DNA from: a virus
Virus record (IMG/VR): IMGVR_UViG_3300032401_001693
Location: 37,812 to 101,811 of that record
Strand: one strand, 5' to 3'
Length of the DNA: 64,000 nt
Made by a program: the position numbers and the translations under genes. Position 1 is the first letter of the stretch. Each line of letters opens with the position of its first letter. Below the pieces are notes generated by a model. The model searched no databases. It was not told where the DNA came from and was given only the letters and a program-made list of their open reading frames with translations. Below, in pieces: positions 16,615-25,900 of this stretch.

Positions 16615-16639
16615 ATAGAGGAAAGGAGGTGATACAGGA

Positions 16640-17344
16640 GTGACAGAAGAGCTGAGGAAAGAAGAGGGGAAGGAGAAGGAAGAGAAGGTCGAAAAAGCCG
16701 AATCTACCATTACCGAAGACGAATTAATCAAGACTATTAAAGATCTTGAGGATATCGTCAAGGCGCGTAAGAAAATGGAAGAGGAAGAAGAGGAAGAAGA
16801 GGAAGAAGAGGAAGACGAAGAAGAGGAGAAATCCTTTACTGGCAACTTCGAAGATAATGAAACCTTCGCTAAAGCTATTGAAGTTTCCGACTTCTTAAAA
16901 GCCCTTGTTGAAGAGACTGAGAACACTCTGGATGCAATTGGTGACTATGTGATGAAATTGGAGAAATCAACTTCCAAATTTGACACAAAGTATGTTGAGT
17001 CTCTGGGAGAAGTTGGTAAGATTATCAAAGGTCTTGAAGGTTCCATTAAGGAGCAGTTTGGCAAGATTGATGAAAGACTTACCAAAATTGAACAGACACC
17101 AGCAGGGTCTCCAAGATCTGTAGTTAAGAGTGGGACGGTCTTAGAAAAATCGTTTGGTACCGGTGATGGTAGTACAGTGCCGGAAGGTATTGATGCATTG
17201 CCGAAGAGAAAGGTAGTGGAGCTTCTGGAGAAAGCAGTTTCTGACGGAAAGATCAAAGACAGCGTGCTTTTTACCTATGAAGGTTCTCCAAAACCCGAGC
17301 TTACAGATGATCAGAAAGACATTTTGAAGGCCTATATCAAATAG
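16640..17344 (+). CDS. capsid scaffolding protein
   Basis: Between protease and capsid genes; acidic and coiled-coil-like with a poly-Glu tract; 10 K^[A/S] sites in 234 aa; AGGAGGTG RBS. Confidence 0.75.
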   Translation: MTEELRKEEGKEKEEKVEKAESTITEDELIKTIKDLEDIVKARKKMEEEEEEEEEEEEDEEEEKSFTGNFEDNETFAKAIEVSDFLKALVEETENTLDAIGDYVMKLEKSTSKFDTKYVESLGEVGKIIKGLEGSIKEQFGKIDERLTKIEQTPAGSPRSVVKSGTVLEKSFGTGDGSTVPEGIDALPKRKVVELLEKAVSDGKIKDSVLFTYEGSPKPELTDDQKDILKAYIK

Positions 17345-17400
17345 GTTTAGATGAAAGTTTTTTAACTTGATAGAAGAAAAGAAAGGAGGTGAAAACAATA

Positions 17401-18819
17401 ATGATAGGGATAAAGGACTATGAGCACATGGACGGATTTGGGATGTCCACTTGGGAAGAAGTTGCTCAGTTGAACAAAGCCTTAGCGGCAGGCTATGATA
17501 TTCCTGCAACATCAGGGGGTGTTAGTGGATCTGCTATTAGGGTTGAGTCTCTGGAAGCTTCTCTTAAAGTGATCACTTTCCAGATGCAACACGTTAGGTT
17601 TTGGCAGAAGATCCCCAAACTTCCTGCTTTTAGTACTGTTGAAGAATACAACCAGTTGACTTCCTATGGTTCAGACGCTGGTGCATTTACCCCTGAGGGC
17701 GAGCTTGGTGAATACGATGACGCTGTGTACGCCAGAAGGGTTTCATTAGTTAAGTACCTGCAGACCGTTCGGAAAGTTACCCATCCATTAACACTGGTTA
17801 GGGCAGCTCACGGCGATGTGGTAGGGAATGAAATCCGAAATGGAATTATGTGGCTGATTGGTAAAATCGAGAACTCAATGTTCTGGGGTAATAGCAAACT
17901 TCGTCCGTTAGCAGCTGAGGGTTATGAGTGGGACGGCCTCAATCAGTTGATTGATGCCTCGATGGTTGTTGACTGTAAGGGAGATCCTCTTACAGAGGAC
18001 ATTATCGAAACTGCTTCTAACACTATAGTTGAGAACTACGGATTTCCAACTGATATCTTCATCGGCACAAAGCCGTTGTCGGATCTAGCCAAAGTTATGT
18101 TTCCTAAAGAGAGGATTGTTGTTCCTATGACAGCAGGCCAGGTTGGAGTGCCTCTTAATACCTTCGCATCTCAGGCTGGTATTTTAGCATTTAATCCTGA
18201 TGTCTTTTTGAAGAAAAAGACTCCTCTTACCGTAGCTTCGTCAGCCAAGGCTCCTACAGCACCTGCTAGTTTAACAGCGGTTAAATCTAGTACTGGTACT
18301 TATACAGGGGACTGGACAAAGACTGGTAATGGTTGGGGAACGTATTACTATGGTGCGTCGTATGGTAACAGGTACGGCGAATCTGCTGTTTGTGTTAGTG
18401 GGTCTAACATCTATGATACTATCGTAGCTGATACGGATTATATGACCATTACAGTGGTCAACGCTTCCTATACTATAGCTCCAGAGTATTGCAACATATA
18501 CAGGACTGTAGCAGGAGGTGGATCAACTGGTACCAAGTATCTTATTTCATCTACGGCAGTGGATAGCACTACCTCTGGTGGTGGCGGTACTACGACCCGT
18601 ATTGACAAGAATGAGATTTGTGCAAATGTCCATTCAGTATTCATTGGTGAGTTGACTCCTCAGGTTATATGTTTCAAGCAGCTCGCTCCAATGATGAAAA
18701 TGGATTTAGCAGTGATTGAACCTAGCGTGAGATGGTTGCAACTTTTGTATGGTACGATGCAACTTTTTGCTCCGAAAAAGTGGATAAAAATTTCTAATAT
18801 CGGGGAAGCAACCGTATAA
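17401..18819 (+). CDS. major capsid protein precursor (SPO1/A511/Twort-like)
   Basis: LNK^ALAAGY...GSAIRVESLE..LKVITF...FWQKIPK.PA.STVEEY...IENSMFWG...EWDGL...YGFPTD matches the A511/K capsid pattern (from memory). ATG 17401 follows AGGAGGTG. Confidence 0.88.
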   Translation: MIGIKDYEHMDGFGMSTWEEVAQLNKALAAGYDIPATSGGVSGSAIRVESLEASLKVITFQMQHVRFWQKIPKLPAFSTVEEYNQLTSYGSDAGAFTPEGELGEYDDAVYARRVSLVKYLQTVRKVTHPLTLVRAAHGDVVGNEIRNGIMWLIGKIENSMFWGNSKLRPLAAEGYEWDGLNQLIDASMVVDCKGDPLTEDIIETASNTIVENYGFPTDIFIGTKPLSDLAKVMFPKERIVVPMTAGQVGVPLNTFASQAGILAFNPDVFLKKKTPLTVASSAKAPTAPASLTAVKSSTGTYTGDWTKTGNGWGTYYYGASYGNRYGESAVCVSGSNIYDTIVADTDYMTITVVNASYTIAPEYCNIYRTVAGGGSTGTKYLISSTAVDSTTSGGGGTTTRIDKNEICANVHSVFIGELTPQVICFKQLAPMMKMDLAVIEPSVRWLQLLYGTMQLFAPKKWIKISNIGEATV

Positions 18820-18853
18820 GTAGTTGTAGCAATGGGTTAGGTTAAAATTGAGT

Positions 18854-18890
18854 ATGGGAGGAGTGTTAATTCCTCCTCCCATTATTTTTT
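18854..18890 (+). terminator. rho-independent terminator after the capsid gene
   Basis: 10-bp perfect stem ATGGGAGGAG / CTCCTCCCAT with a 9-nt loop, followed by TATTTTTT. Confidence 0.85.
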
Positions 18891-18893
18891 AAA

Positions 18894-19169
18894 ATGGAAA
18901 AAGCAAAAAAGTATATTGAACCAAATTATTATTTAATTTCTAACCATGAGGGTGTAGTAGTTTGTGGTTGTGGATGTGCGAACAATCCAAAGCCAGGTGC
19001 TAGATTTCTTCCAAAGCATACAGATGGACACCAACAGATACTAGAAATTAAACCAAACTGGAATGTAAATAATGAAATAAACCAAGCTAAATTCTCAGCG
19101 GCTAAAGAATACTGCAATACTAATAATTTAGAATTTGGAGTTTGGACAGAAAATCAACTATTTAGTTAG
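18894..19169 (+). pseudogene. internally deleted TnsA-like (PD-(D/E)xK) homing endonuclease remnant
   Basis: An N-terminal CGCGC...FLPKH segment joins directly to QILEIKP...QAKFSAAKEYC...EFGVWTE; the upstream YxPD motif is missing. Confidence 0.5.
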
Positions 19170-19202
19170 AATCTAGTAAATAAATTTTAGGAGGTAAGAG
19201 AA

Positions 19203-19721
19203 ATGGCGGCCATAAGTTGGACTTCGAACGAGATTCGAGATTATTTGGCAACTAGGGGAGTTGGTTCTGCGACTGGTGCTACATATATGCAAACTTATAT
19301 CCAGAGGTTAACGGCTCTTTTTACTGATGTAAAAAAGGACTATACTCTGGTTAACATGTTGGACAGGATGGCTAAAATAGTTATCCAGTTGGCAAAAGAA
19401 TGCTATGACAATAAATTAGTAGATGATGATGCTATAGCTGTTTGGATTTTAGCAAACCACCCTGAATGGTCTAGTATGGCTCCTACCTTAGGAGATATAA
19501 TAGAGGTGGATATCAATACCAGATTGTTTGCAAGTGCTACAGTTCCTGTATATCCTACAACTACGGATCCAAATGGAGCTGTAGAAATTAATGAGAAGCA
19601 GGTTATGGCGGAGAAGGTGAGTTTGTATCTTACAGCGGTAGCTAGATATATGAGATATTTTGCTGCTGTCTGTGTAGATTCTAGTAACAATGTGGTAGTG
19701 CCACCCCTTCCGGAGTGGTAG
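19203..19721 (+). CDS. hypothetical (probably virion) protein, paralog of 19751..20317
   Basis: AGGAGG RBS; shared AISW..IRDYLAT...KE.YD..LVDDD...HPEW...LGDIIE.D. Confidence 0.65.
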   Translation: MAAISWTSNEIRDYLATRGVGSATGATYMQTYIQRLTALFTDVKKDYTLVNMLDRMAKIVIQLAKECYDNKLVDDDAIAVWILANHPEWSSMAPTLGDIIEVDINTRLFASATVPVYPTTTDPNGAVEINEKQVMAEKVSLYLTAVARYMRYFAAVCVDSSNNVVVPPLPEW

Positions 19722-19750
19722 TAGTTAACCCTAACTAAGGAGGAAAAGAA

Positions 19751-20317
19751 ATGTCAGCTATATCATGGAGTAACACAATTAGGGATTATTTAGCCACCTA
19801 TAAAGGGTGGCTGTCTGGGGGGTTGGCAACTTACGCCCAGACGTTTGTTAACAGGATGACTACCGTATTTGATACTGTAGCACAGGATGCAAGTTTGATC
19901 CAGATGATGGAACGGATGGATAGAATTATCTTACAAGCAGCTAAGGAAGCCTATGATGACGGTCTAGTAGATGATGATCTGATTGATGCTGCACTTTTGA
20001 TTAAGCATCCAGAATGGGCAGGTTTAACTGCTATGTTGGGTGATATTATCGAAACTGATCTGAATCTTAGGATTGGTGGTAGTGCAACGGTTCCTACTTG
20101 GACTCAGGATGGCATGACGGCAGCTCAGTTGGCAACAGCTGGAATCAAAGTTAGAGATTGTATGCTGGCTACGGTTTCAGATTATCTTGAAAAAGTAACT
20201 CACTCTATGAGGTACTTTGTAGCGGCTAAGGCTGCAGAATCTGGAGTAAGTTCAGCTATTTCGGCAGCTCCAGAATATGGGAATCCTTATATGAGTTGTG
20301 GGTGGCCTGGAGTTTAA
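19751..20317 (+). CDS. hypothetical (probably virion) protein, paralog of 19203..19721
   Basis: Same shared motifs; AGGAGG RBS. Confidence 0.65.
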   Translation: MSAISWSNTIRDYLATYKGWLSGGLATYAQTFVNRMTTVFDTVAQDASLIQMMERMDRIILQAAKEAYDDGLVDDDLIDAALLIKHPEWAGLTAMLGDIIETDLNLRIGGSATVPTWTQDGMTAAQLATAGIKVRDCMLATVSDYLEKVTHSMRYFVAAKAAESGVSSAISAAPEYGNPYMSCGWPGV

Positions 20318-20575
20318 GTGCCTTTACTAGAATTTGAATGTGAAAGAGATCAGGTTGTGATAGAGGAGATTAGGAGGATCGGAGAACTGGATCCTCCTAG
20401 TTGTCCTGTTTGTAAAGAACGGATGGAAAGGATCTTCTCCGCACCTACTGTGATTGACAAATCAAAAGTGTCTGAGAAACTTAGAAAAAGGTCTGAGGAG
20501 CAGGGTAAAAAGTTTTTCAATGGGTATCCTCAGCACCAGGAACTTGTAACTAAAACATTAAATTCTAAACCTTGA
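20318..20575 (+). CDS. FmdB-family zinc-ribbon protein
   Basis: MPLLEFEC...CPVC..RMERIFSAP. Confidence 0.65.
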   Translation: MPLLEFECERDQVVIEEIRRIGELDPPSCPVCKERMERIFSAPTVIDKSKVSEKLRKRSEEQGKKFFNGYPQHQELVTKTLNSKP

Positions 20576-20588
20576 AAGGAGAGACAAA

Positions 20589-20858
20589 ATGGAAGAGCAA
20601 CCAAAAGTAAAAATCAGGCTAAAGGCCATAATAGATAAGAAAGATTCTTTTGAATTAGGTTTTGCTATTTTCAAAAAGAAACTGACTTTTAGTAAAGATG
20701 GAATTACTGAAGTTCCTGTCTATATGGCAGATAAGATTCTAAAGGAGTTTCCTGGAGCTTATGAAATAGTTCAGGAAGTTAAACCAACAAAACAAGAGAG
20801 ATCTTCTAAAGCTGAGTCTAAATTGGACGAAACCAAAGAGTTCGCGAAACAGATGTAA
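20589..20858 (+). CDS. hypothetical protein
   Basis: AAGGAG RBS, 89 aa. Confidence 0.6.
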   Translation: MEEQPKVKIRLKAIIDKKDSFELGFAIFKKKLTFSKDGITEVPVYMADKILKEFPGAYEIVQEVKPTKQERSSKAESKLDETKEFAKQM

Positions 20859-20881
20859 AATCTCAAGAGTAGGAGGTTAGT

Positions 20882-21601
20882 ATGTGGACTAATACGCAGT
20901 TAATGAAAGCTCAATGCCCACTGATTGAAGAGTTTCATATCACTAGTATTTGTGGAGGTAAGGAGAGGAAACAGTGGATTCTGGGTGGTAGATTAACTAC
21001 CAATATTCAAGGATGGATTAAAACAACTATTTCAGCGTTGTCAGGAGGAGTGATTACTTCGTTTGATCACTACCAGGTTATGGCTCAAAGGTTAGATTCA
21101 ATGGGAGAGCCTACATATAAGACTATAGTTGACTGGAAAACAGTTACAGGTTTTCAGGTCCGAGGCAATGCATCCCACGAGTATAGTGTTTTGGTTTTGG
21201 GAACTGAGGATGCTCCTCATCGAGCTACTAGAAAATGGGCTAAAGACTATTGCCCTTACTGCAAATCACAGGGATTTGATGCTATTATAGGCTCTACGGT
21301 TAAAGACCAGGTTTGCTTTTCGTTTAGACATACCCTAGGAGCAGGAACAGATGCGGTAAGTTTTGCTACGGATATAACACCATACAAGATTTTGGGTTTG
21401 CCTGCTGGATCACTTAAGAGTCCTTTGATAAGGCAGATGGAAGATGATGACTATCAGGTTCTAATCACTAAGTCTACAGTAGCTGATGCAGCAGTGACCA
21501 TTCCGGCTTATGCTAGTTCGCTAACCGAAGGCGGATTTAATTTGACTGGTGACAGTGGTCAGAGGTATGATATAATGATTTTAGGCAAGGTTAGGTACTA
21601 A
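20882..21601 (+). CDS. hypothetical virion-type protein; C-terminal half paralogous to 21636..21974
   Basis: RKWAKDYCPYCKSQGF versus KRWVKDYCPYAKDQGF; QM.D..Y.V..TK; YD....G. Confidence 0.6.
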   Translation: MWTNTQLMKAQCPLIEEFHITSICGGKERKQWILGGRLTTNIQGWIKTTISALSGGVITSFDHYQVMAQRLDSMGEPTYKTIVDWKTVTGFQVRGNASHEYSVLVLGTEDAPHRATRKWAKDYCPYCKSQGFDAIIGSTVKDQVCFSFRHTLGAGTDAVSFATDITPYKILGLPAGSLKSPLIRQMEDDDYQVLITKSTVADAAVTIPAYASSLTEGGFNLTGDSGQRYDIMILGKVRY

Positions 21602-21635
21602 TGGAAAAAATTCTAAAATTTATGGAGGTGTAATT

Positions 21636-21974
21636 GTGAAAAAGCGTTGGGTCAAAGATTATTGCCCGTATGCCAAGGACCAGGGGTTTCTTTCTGTTAT
21701 AGGTGACGTAGCTCCAGGTGAACAGGTTTTTGGATTTACCTATCTAACCGTTGGTGGGGATGATGTAATAACTTTTGCTACAGAGACTCACAAAAGGGTT
21801 ACTCAGATGAAGGATACCAACTATAGGGTTCAGCTTACTAAAGTTACTGCCGCATCTGGTGCTTCTGAGGGTTCTGAGGCTTATGTTAGAACACAGACAG
21901 CGGTGAGTTTTGTTCTTATAGGTGATACTGCTCAGCTGTATGATGTTATAGTTATTGGAAGAATAAACTACTAA
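21636..21974 (+). CDS. hypothetical virion-type protein
   Basis: GGAGG RBS; paralog of the previous gene. Confidence 0.6.
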   Translation: MKKRWVKDYCPYAKDQGFLSVIGDVAPGEQVFGFTYLTVGGDDVITFATETHKRVTQMKDTNYRVQLTKVTAASGASEGSEAYVRTQTAVSFVLIGDTAQLYDVIVIGRINY

Positions 21975-21979
21975 CGGAG

Positions 21980-22312
21980 GTGGACTTGGCTAAAAAAATC
22001 AGTTTGGTTCACGATGCCAGTGGTTCACCAGTCCAGGGTGCTTTCCATCCTACTGTTGACACTCAACTTATTACTATTGGTGCCACAACAGCTAAAAATG
22101 CCAATGCGCTTACAGGAGTTGAAATTGTAAGGTTGATCGCAACTGGAAATTGCCACGTAAAGTTTGGAAATATTACAGTGGAGGCGACATCGAGTGATAT
22201 GTATCTGGCTTCTGGGCGTGAAGAGTATTTCAATCTCCAAGGAGATACCTATATAGCAATTATTCGCGATGCTTCTGCCACAGGAAGTCTTTTCATCACT
22301 CCGGTCGATTAG
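21980..22312 (+). CDS. small beta-rich virion-type protein, paralog of the ends of 22319..22984
   Basis: VRLIATGNCHVKFG...ATSSDMYLASGREEYF...GSLFIT. Confidence 0.55.
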   Translation: MDLAKKISLVHDASGSPVQGAFHPTVDTQLITIGATTAKNANALTGVEIVRLIATGNCHVKFGNITVEATSSDMYLASGREEYFNLQGDTYIAIIRDASATGSLFITPVD

Positions 22313-22318
22313 AAAATA

Positions 22319-22984
22319 GTGAGAAAAACAAAACAGGTTTACTCAGGGGGTGTACCAGTTCAAAGGGTTCTTCATCCAAGGAGTACCCTTGTTGTTCCTG
22401 TAGCTGTTGCTGCTACCGTACTAGTTGGCGGGGAGCTAGTTACTAATGGAATTTTTGCTGTATCTGCTACTGGTTGGACATTAGAAACTGGCTGGATTTA
22501 CGATACTGATAAGGTGACTAAGAATGCTAACGGTTTAGGCACACTTAGTCAGGCTAGTATAATTTTGGGAGGCAAAAAGTATAGATTAGTATTTACTATG
22601 GCCAGTCGTACAGCTGGTAGTCTTGTTCCACAGTTGGGTGGAACAAACGGAACAAGTCGGCTTAGTGACACCACTTTTACAGAGTATATCTCAGCAGGTG
22701 CAGATGGAGATCTAGTTTTTACCCCTTCCAACGATGGTAGGTTTTCAGTAAGTGCCGTTTCTGTTAAAGAAGTTTTGAATCTTACTACTTTGGGTGAGGT
22801 GATAAGAGTTATTTCAACTGCTGATTGCTATATTAGATTTGGTTTAACTGATTTGGTCTTAGCAACCTCAAACGATATGTTTTTGAAAGCTGGCATAGAA
22901 TATTATTTCTCAGTAAGGGATAGATATCTTTCAGTTATTAGAGACAGCGGTGATGGTAATTTGTATATCACGTTGATGGATTAA
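22319..22984 (+). CDS. virion-type protein with inserted carbohydrate-binding-like jelly-roll domain
   Basis: ELVTNGIF...GW...KKYRLVFT...VSAVSVKEV inserted into the 21980-type domain. Confidence 0.5.
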   Translation: MRKTKQVYSGGVPVQRVLHPRSTLVVPVAVAATVLVGGELVTNGIFAVSATGWTLETGWIYDTDKVTKNANGLGTLSQASIILGGKKYRLVFTMASRTAGSLVPQLGGTNGTSRLSDTTFTEYISAGADGDLVFTPSNDGRFSVSAVSVKEVLNLTTLGEVIRVISTADCYIRFGLTDLVLATSNDMFLKAGIEYYFSVRDRYLSVIRDSGDGNLYITLMD

Positions 22985-22987
22985 TGA

Positions 22988-25900
22988 ATGGCTACTTTAG
23001 ATAAAAAGCTAGGTCAACTACCAGAAGTTACTGTTCCTAAGTCAGATGACATTGTCTATATAGTTACTGATCCTGCCACTCGTCCTGCTGACAAAAAGAT
23101 AAAAATATCTAATCTATCTTCGGTTTTGGGAACTAGTGGGTACTCAGGGTATAGTGGTATATCTGGAGCCTACGGTGACTCTGGATTTTCAGGATTTTCA
23201 GGGATAGATGGTCAGTATGCTGGGCAAGGTGTTTCCGGTTATTCTGGATATTCAAGTGCGGCGGAAGGTCCACAGGGGCCAATAGGCTTTTCTGGGTTTT
23301 CAGGCTATAGTGGTGAGATTGGCTTTTCTGGCTATTCAGCTTATTCTGGATATTCAAGCCAGCAACCAGGTCCACAAGGTCCAGTAGGATTTACTGGGGA
23401 ATCTGGTTATTCGGGATACTCTGGTCTAGGACTGTCAGGATACTCTGGTGCTTCTGGTTACTCTGGTGTTGGTACTTCTGGTTACTCTGGTGTTGGAATC
23501 TCAGGTTATTCTGGAAGGTCTGGGTATAGTGGTATCTCTGGGATGGGAGTATCTGGCTACTCTGGCTATTCTAGCGAGATGGAAGGACCTCAAGGTCCAA
23601 TAGGATTCACGGGAGAGTCAGGGTACTCAGGAGATTTAGGAATCTCTGGTTATTCAGGATATTCAAGTCCAGGTTCTTCAGGATATTCTGGGTACAGTTC
23701 TGTGGTTCCTGGAACCTCAGGCTATTCAGCTTATAGTGGGTACTTAGGAAGTTCTGGATATAGTGGCAGTTCTGGATATTCTGGATACTCAGGACAAGGA
23801 GTTAGTGGATACTCAGGATACTCAAGTACAGTCGTAGGACCTCAAGGTCCAATCGGGTTTTCTGGTTACTCAGCTTATAGTGGCTATTCTAGTGTTTCAG
23901 GTTATAGTGGCTACTCAGGTTATTCTAGTTCTAGTGGATACTCTGGATACTCAAGTATTTCCGGATATTCTGGATACTCAAGCGTGAGCGGTTATTCAGG
24001 ATATTCTAGTATTTCAGGTTACTCAGGTTACTCGGCCTATTCTGGGTATAGTGGGTATGATGCGGGTGCAGCATATAGTGGGTATAGTGGGCCTTCTGGG
24101 TATAGTGGCTATTCTGGGATAAGTGGCTATAGTGCCTATTCCGGGATAAGTGGCTATAGTGCCTATTCCGGGTATAGTGGCATTTCCGGTTATAGTGGTT
24201 ACTCAAGCACTGTGGTGGGTCCTTCAGGTTATTCTGGTTACTCAGGTCCATCTGGTCTTGGCTATTCAGGTTGGTCTGGAATTTCTGGTTACTCGGCTTA
24301 TTCTGGTGTAGGAACTTCCGGATATTCAGGTTATTCGGGTGTAGGGACTTCTGGTTACTCAGGTTACTCAAGTGCTGTAGTGGGTGTTTCAGGCTATTCA
24401 GGATATTCAAGTCCAGGTAGTTCTGGATACTCAGGCTACTCTGGTTTAGGAGGATCAGGTTATTCTGGGTATTCAAGTGCTGTGGTGGGTCCTTCAGGTT
24501 ATTCTGGTTACTCAGGTCCCTCTGGTCTCGGCTATTCAGGTTGGTCTGGAAGGTCTGGTTACTCAGGCTACTCAAGTGGAATGCCCGGTGTATCTGGGTA
24601 CAGTGGATATTCAGGTGCTCTTCCCGTCTATGGGACATCTGGTAATATACTACAAAGTAGTGGAAGTGGTTGGATTTCTACTAATCAACTTTCTATTGCT
24701 TCTATTGATCTTAGTAATGCTACAAGTTCTATTCCTTGGCTAGTTGGGGTTACTGCTGGAGATGCGGCTTCTGGTCATGCCTACTATAAATCAGATACTA
24801 AGCAACTGTTAATAGGAGATGGTGTAACTGCTAATCCAGTAAGTGGAGGTTCTTCAGGATATTCTGGATATTCAAGTCCAGGTAGTTCTGGTTACTCAGG
24901 TTATTCAAGTCCCGGAACATCTGGTTATTCTGGTTATTCTGGGTATTCAAGTGCTGTAATAGGACCTTCAGGCTATTCTGGATATTCAAGTCCTGGAAGT
25001 TCTGGATATTCGGCTTACTCAGGTTATTCAGCCCAGCCAGGAGGTTCATCTGGTTATTCTGGTTACAGTGGGTTGGGAGGTTCTGGTTATTCTGGTTATA
25101 GTGCTGAGAGTCCAGGTCCTTCTGGTTATTCAGGTTATTCCGGTCAGAATGGCACAATCGGGATAAATGGAACTTCGGGTTATTCAGGTTATTCCGGTGG
25201 TGGAGCCAACTATGTGCATACCCAGAGCGGGGCTTCTACCTCTTGGACTGTTTCTCACAATCTAGGTAATTTGGAAGTTATTGTTCAGGTGTTTGATGGA
25301 AGTAATAACCAAGTTATTCCAAAATCAGTTGTTTGGGATACTGTTAATCAATGTACTATCACGTTCTCTTCAGCTGTCGCTGGGAAGGCAGTAGTATCCA
25401 GCGGTGGTGGAGTATCTGGATTTTCTGGAAAGTCTGGTTACTCAGGTTATTCTGGAATTTCCGGATATTCAGGGTATTCTGGGCAGGGGTGGTCAGGTTG
25501 GTCAGGTTATTCTGGGTATAGTGGTAAGTCTGGGTACAGTGGATATTCTGGATATAGTGGTGGGTCGGGATATAGTGGCTACTCAAGTGCTGTGATAGGT
25601 CCTTCAGGCTATTCTGGATATTCAAGTCCTGGAAGTTCTGGTTACTCTGGTTACTCAAGCCCTGGAAGTTCTGGATACTCAGGTTACTCAAGTCTAGGAA
25701 GTTCTGGCTATTCTGGTTACTCAAGTCCTGGAAGTTCTGGATACTCAGGTTATAGTGCTGAGAGTCCAGGTCCTTCTGGCTATTCTGGGTATTCTGGTTA
25801 TTCAAGTGAGGGAACTTCTGGATTTTCTGGTGTAAGTGGATATTCAGGAGTAGGGACTTCTGGTTATTCAGGCTATAGTGGCTATTCGGGCAAATCTGGA

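Noticed and set aside
16775-16830. GAA/GAG purine tract as a regulatory or slippage element
   Set aside because: It encodes the poly-Glu stretch of the scaffold.
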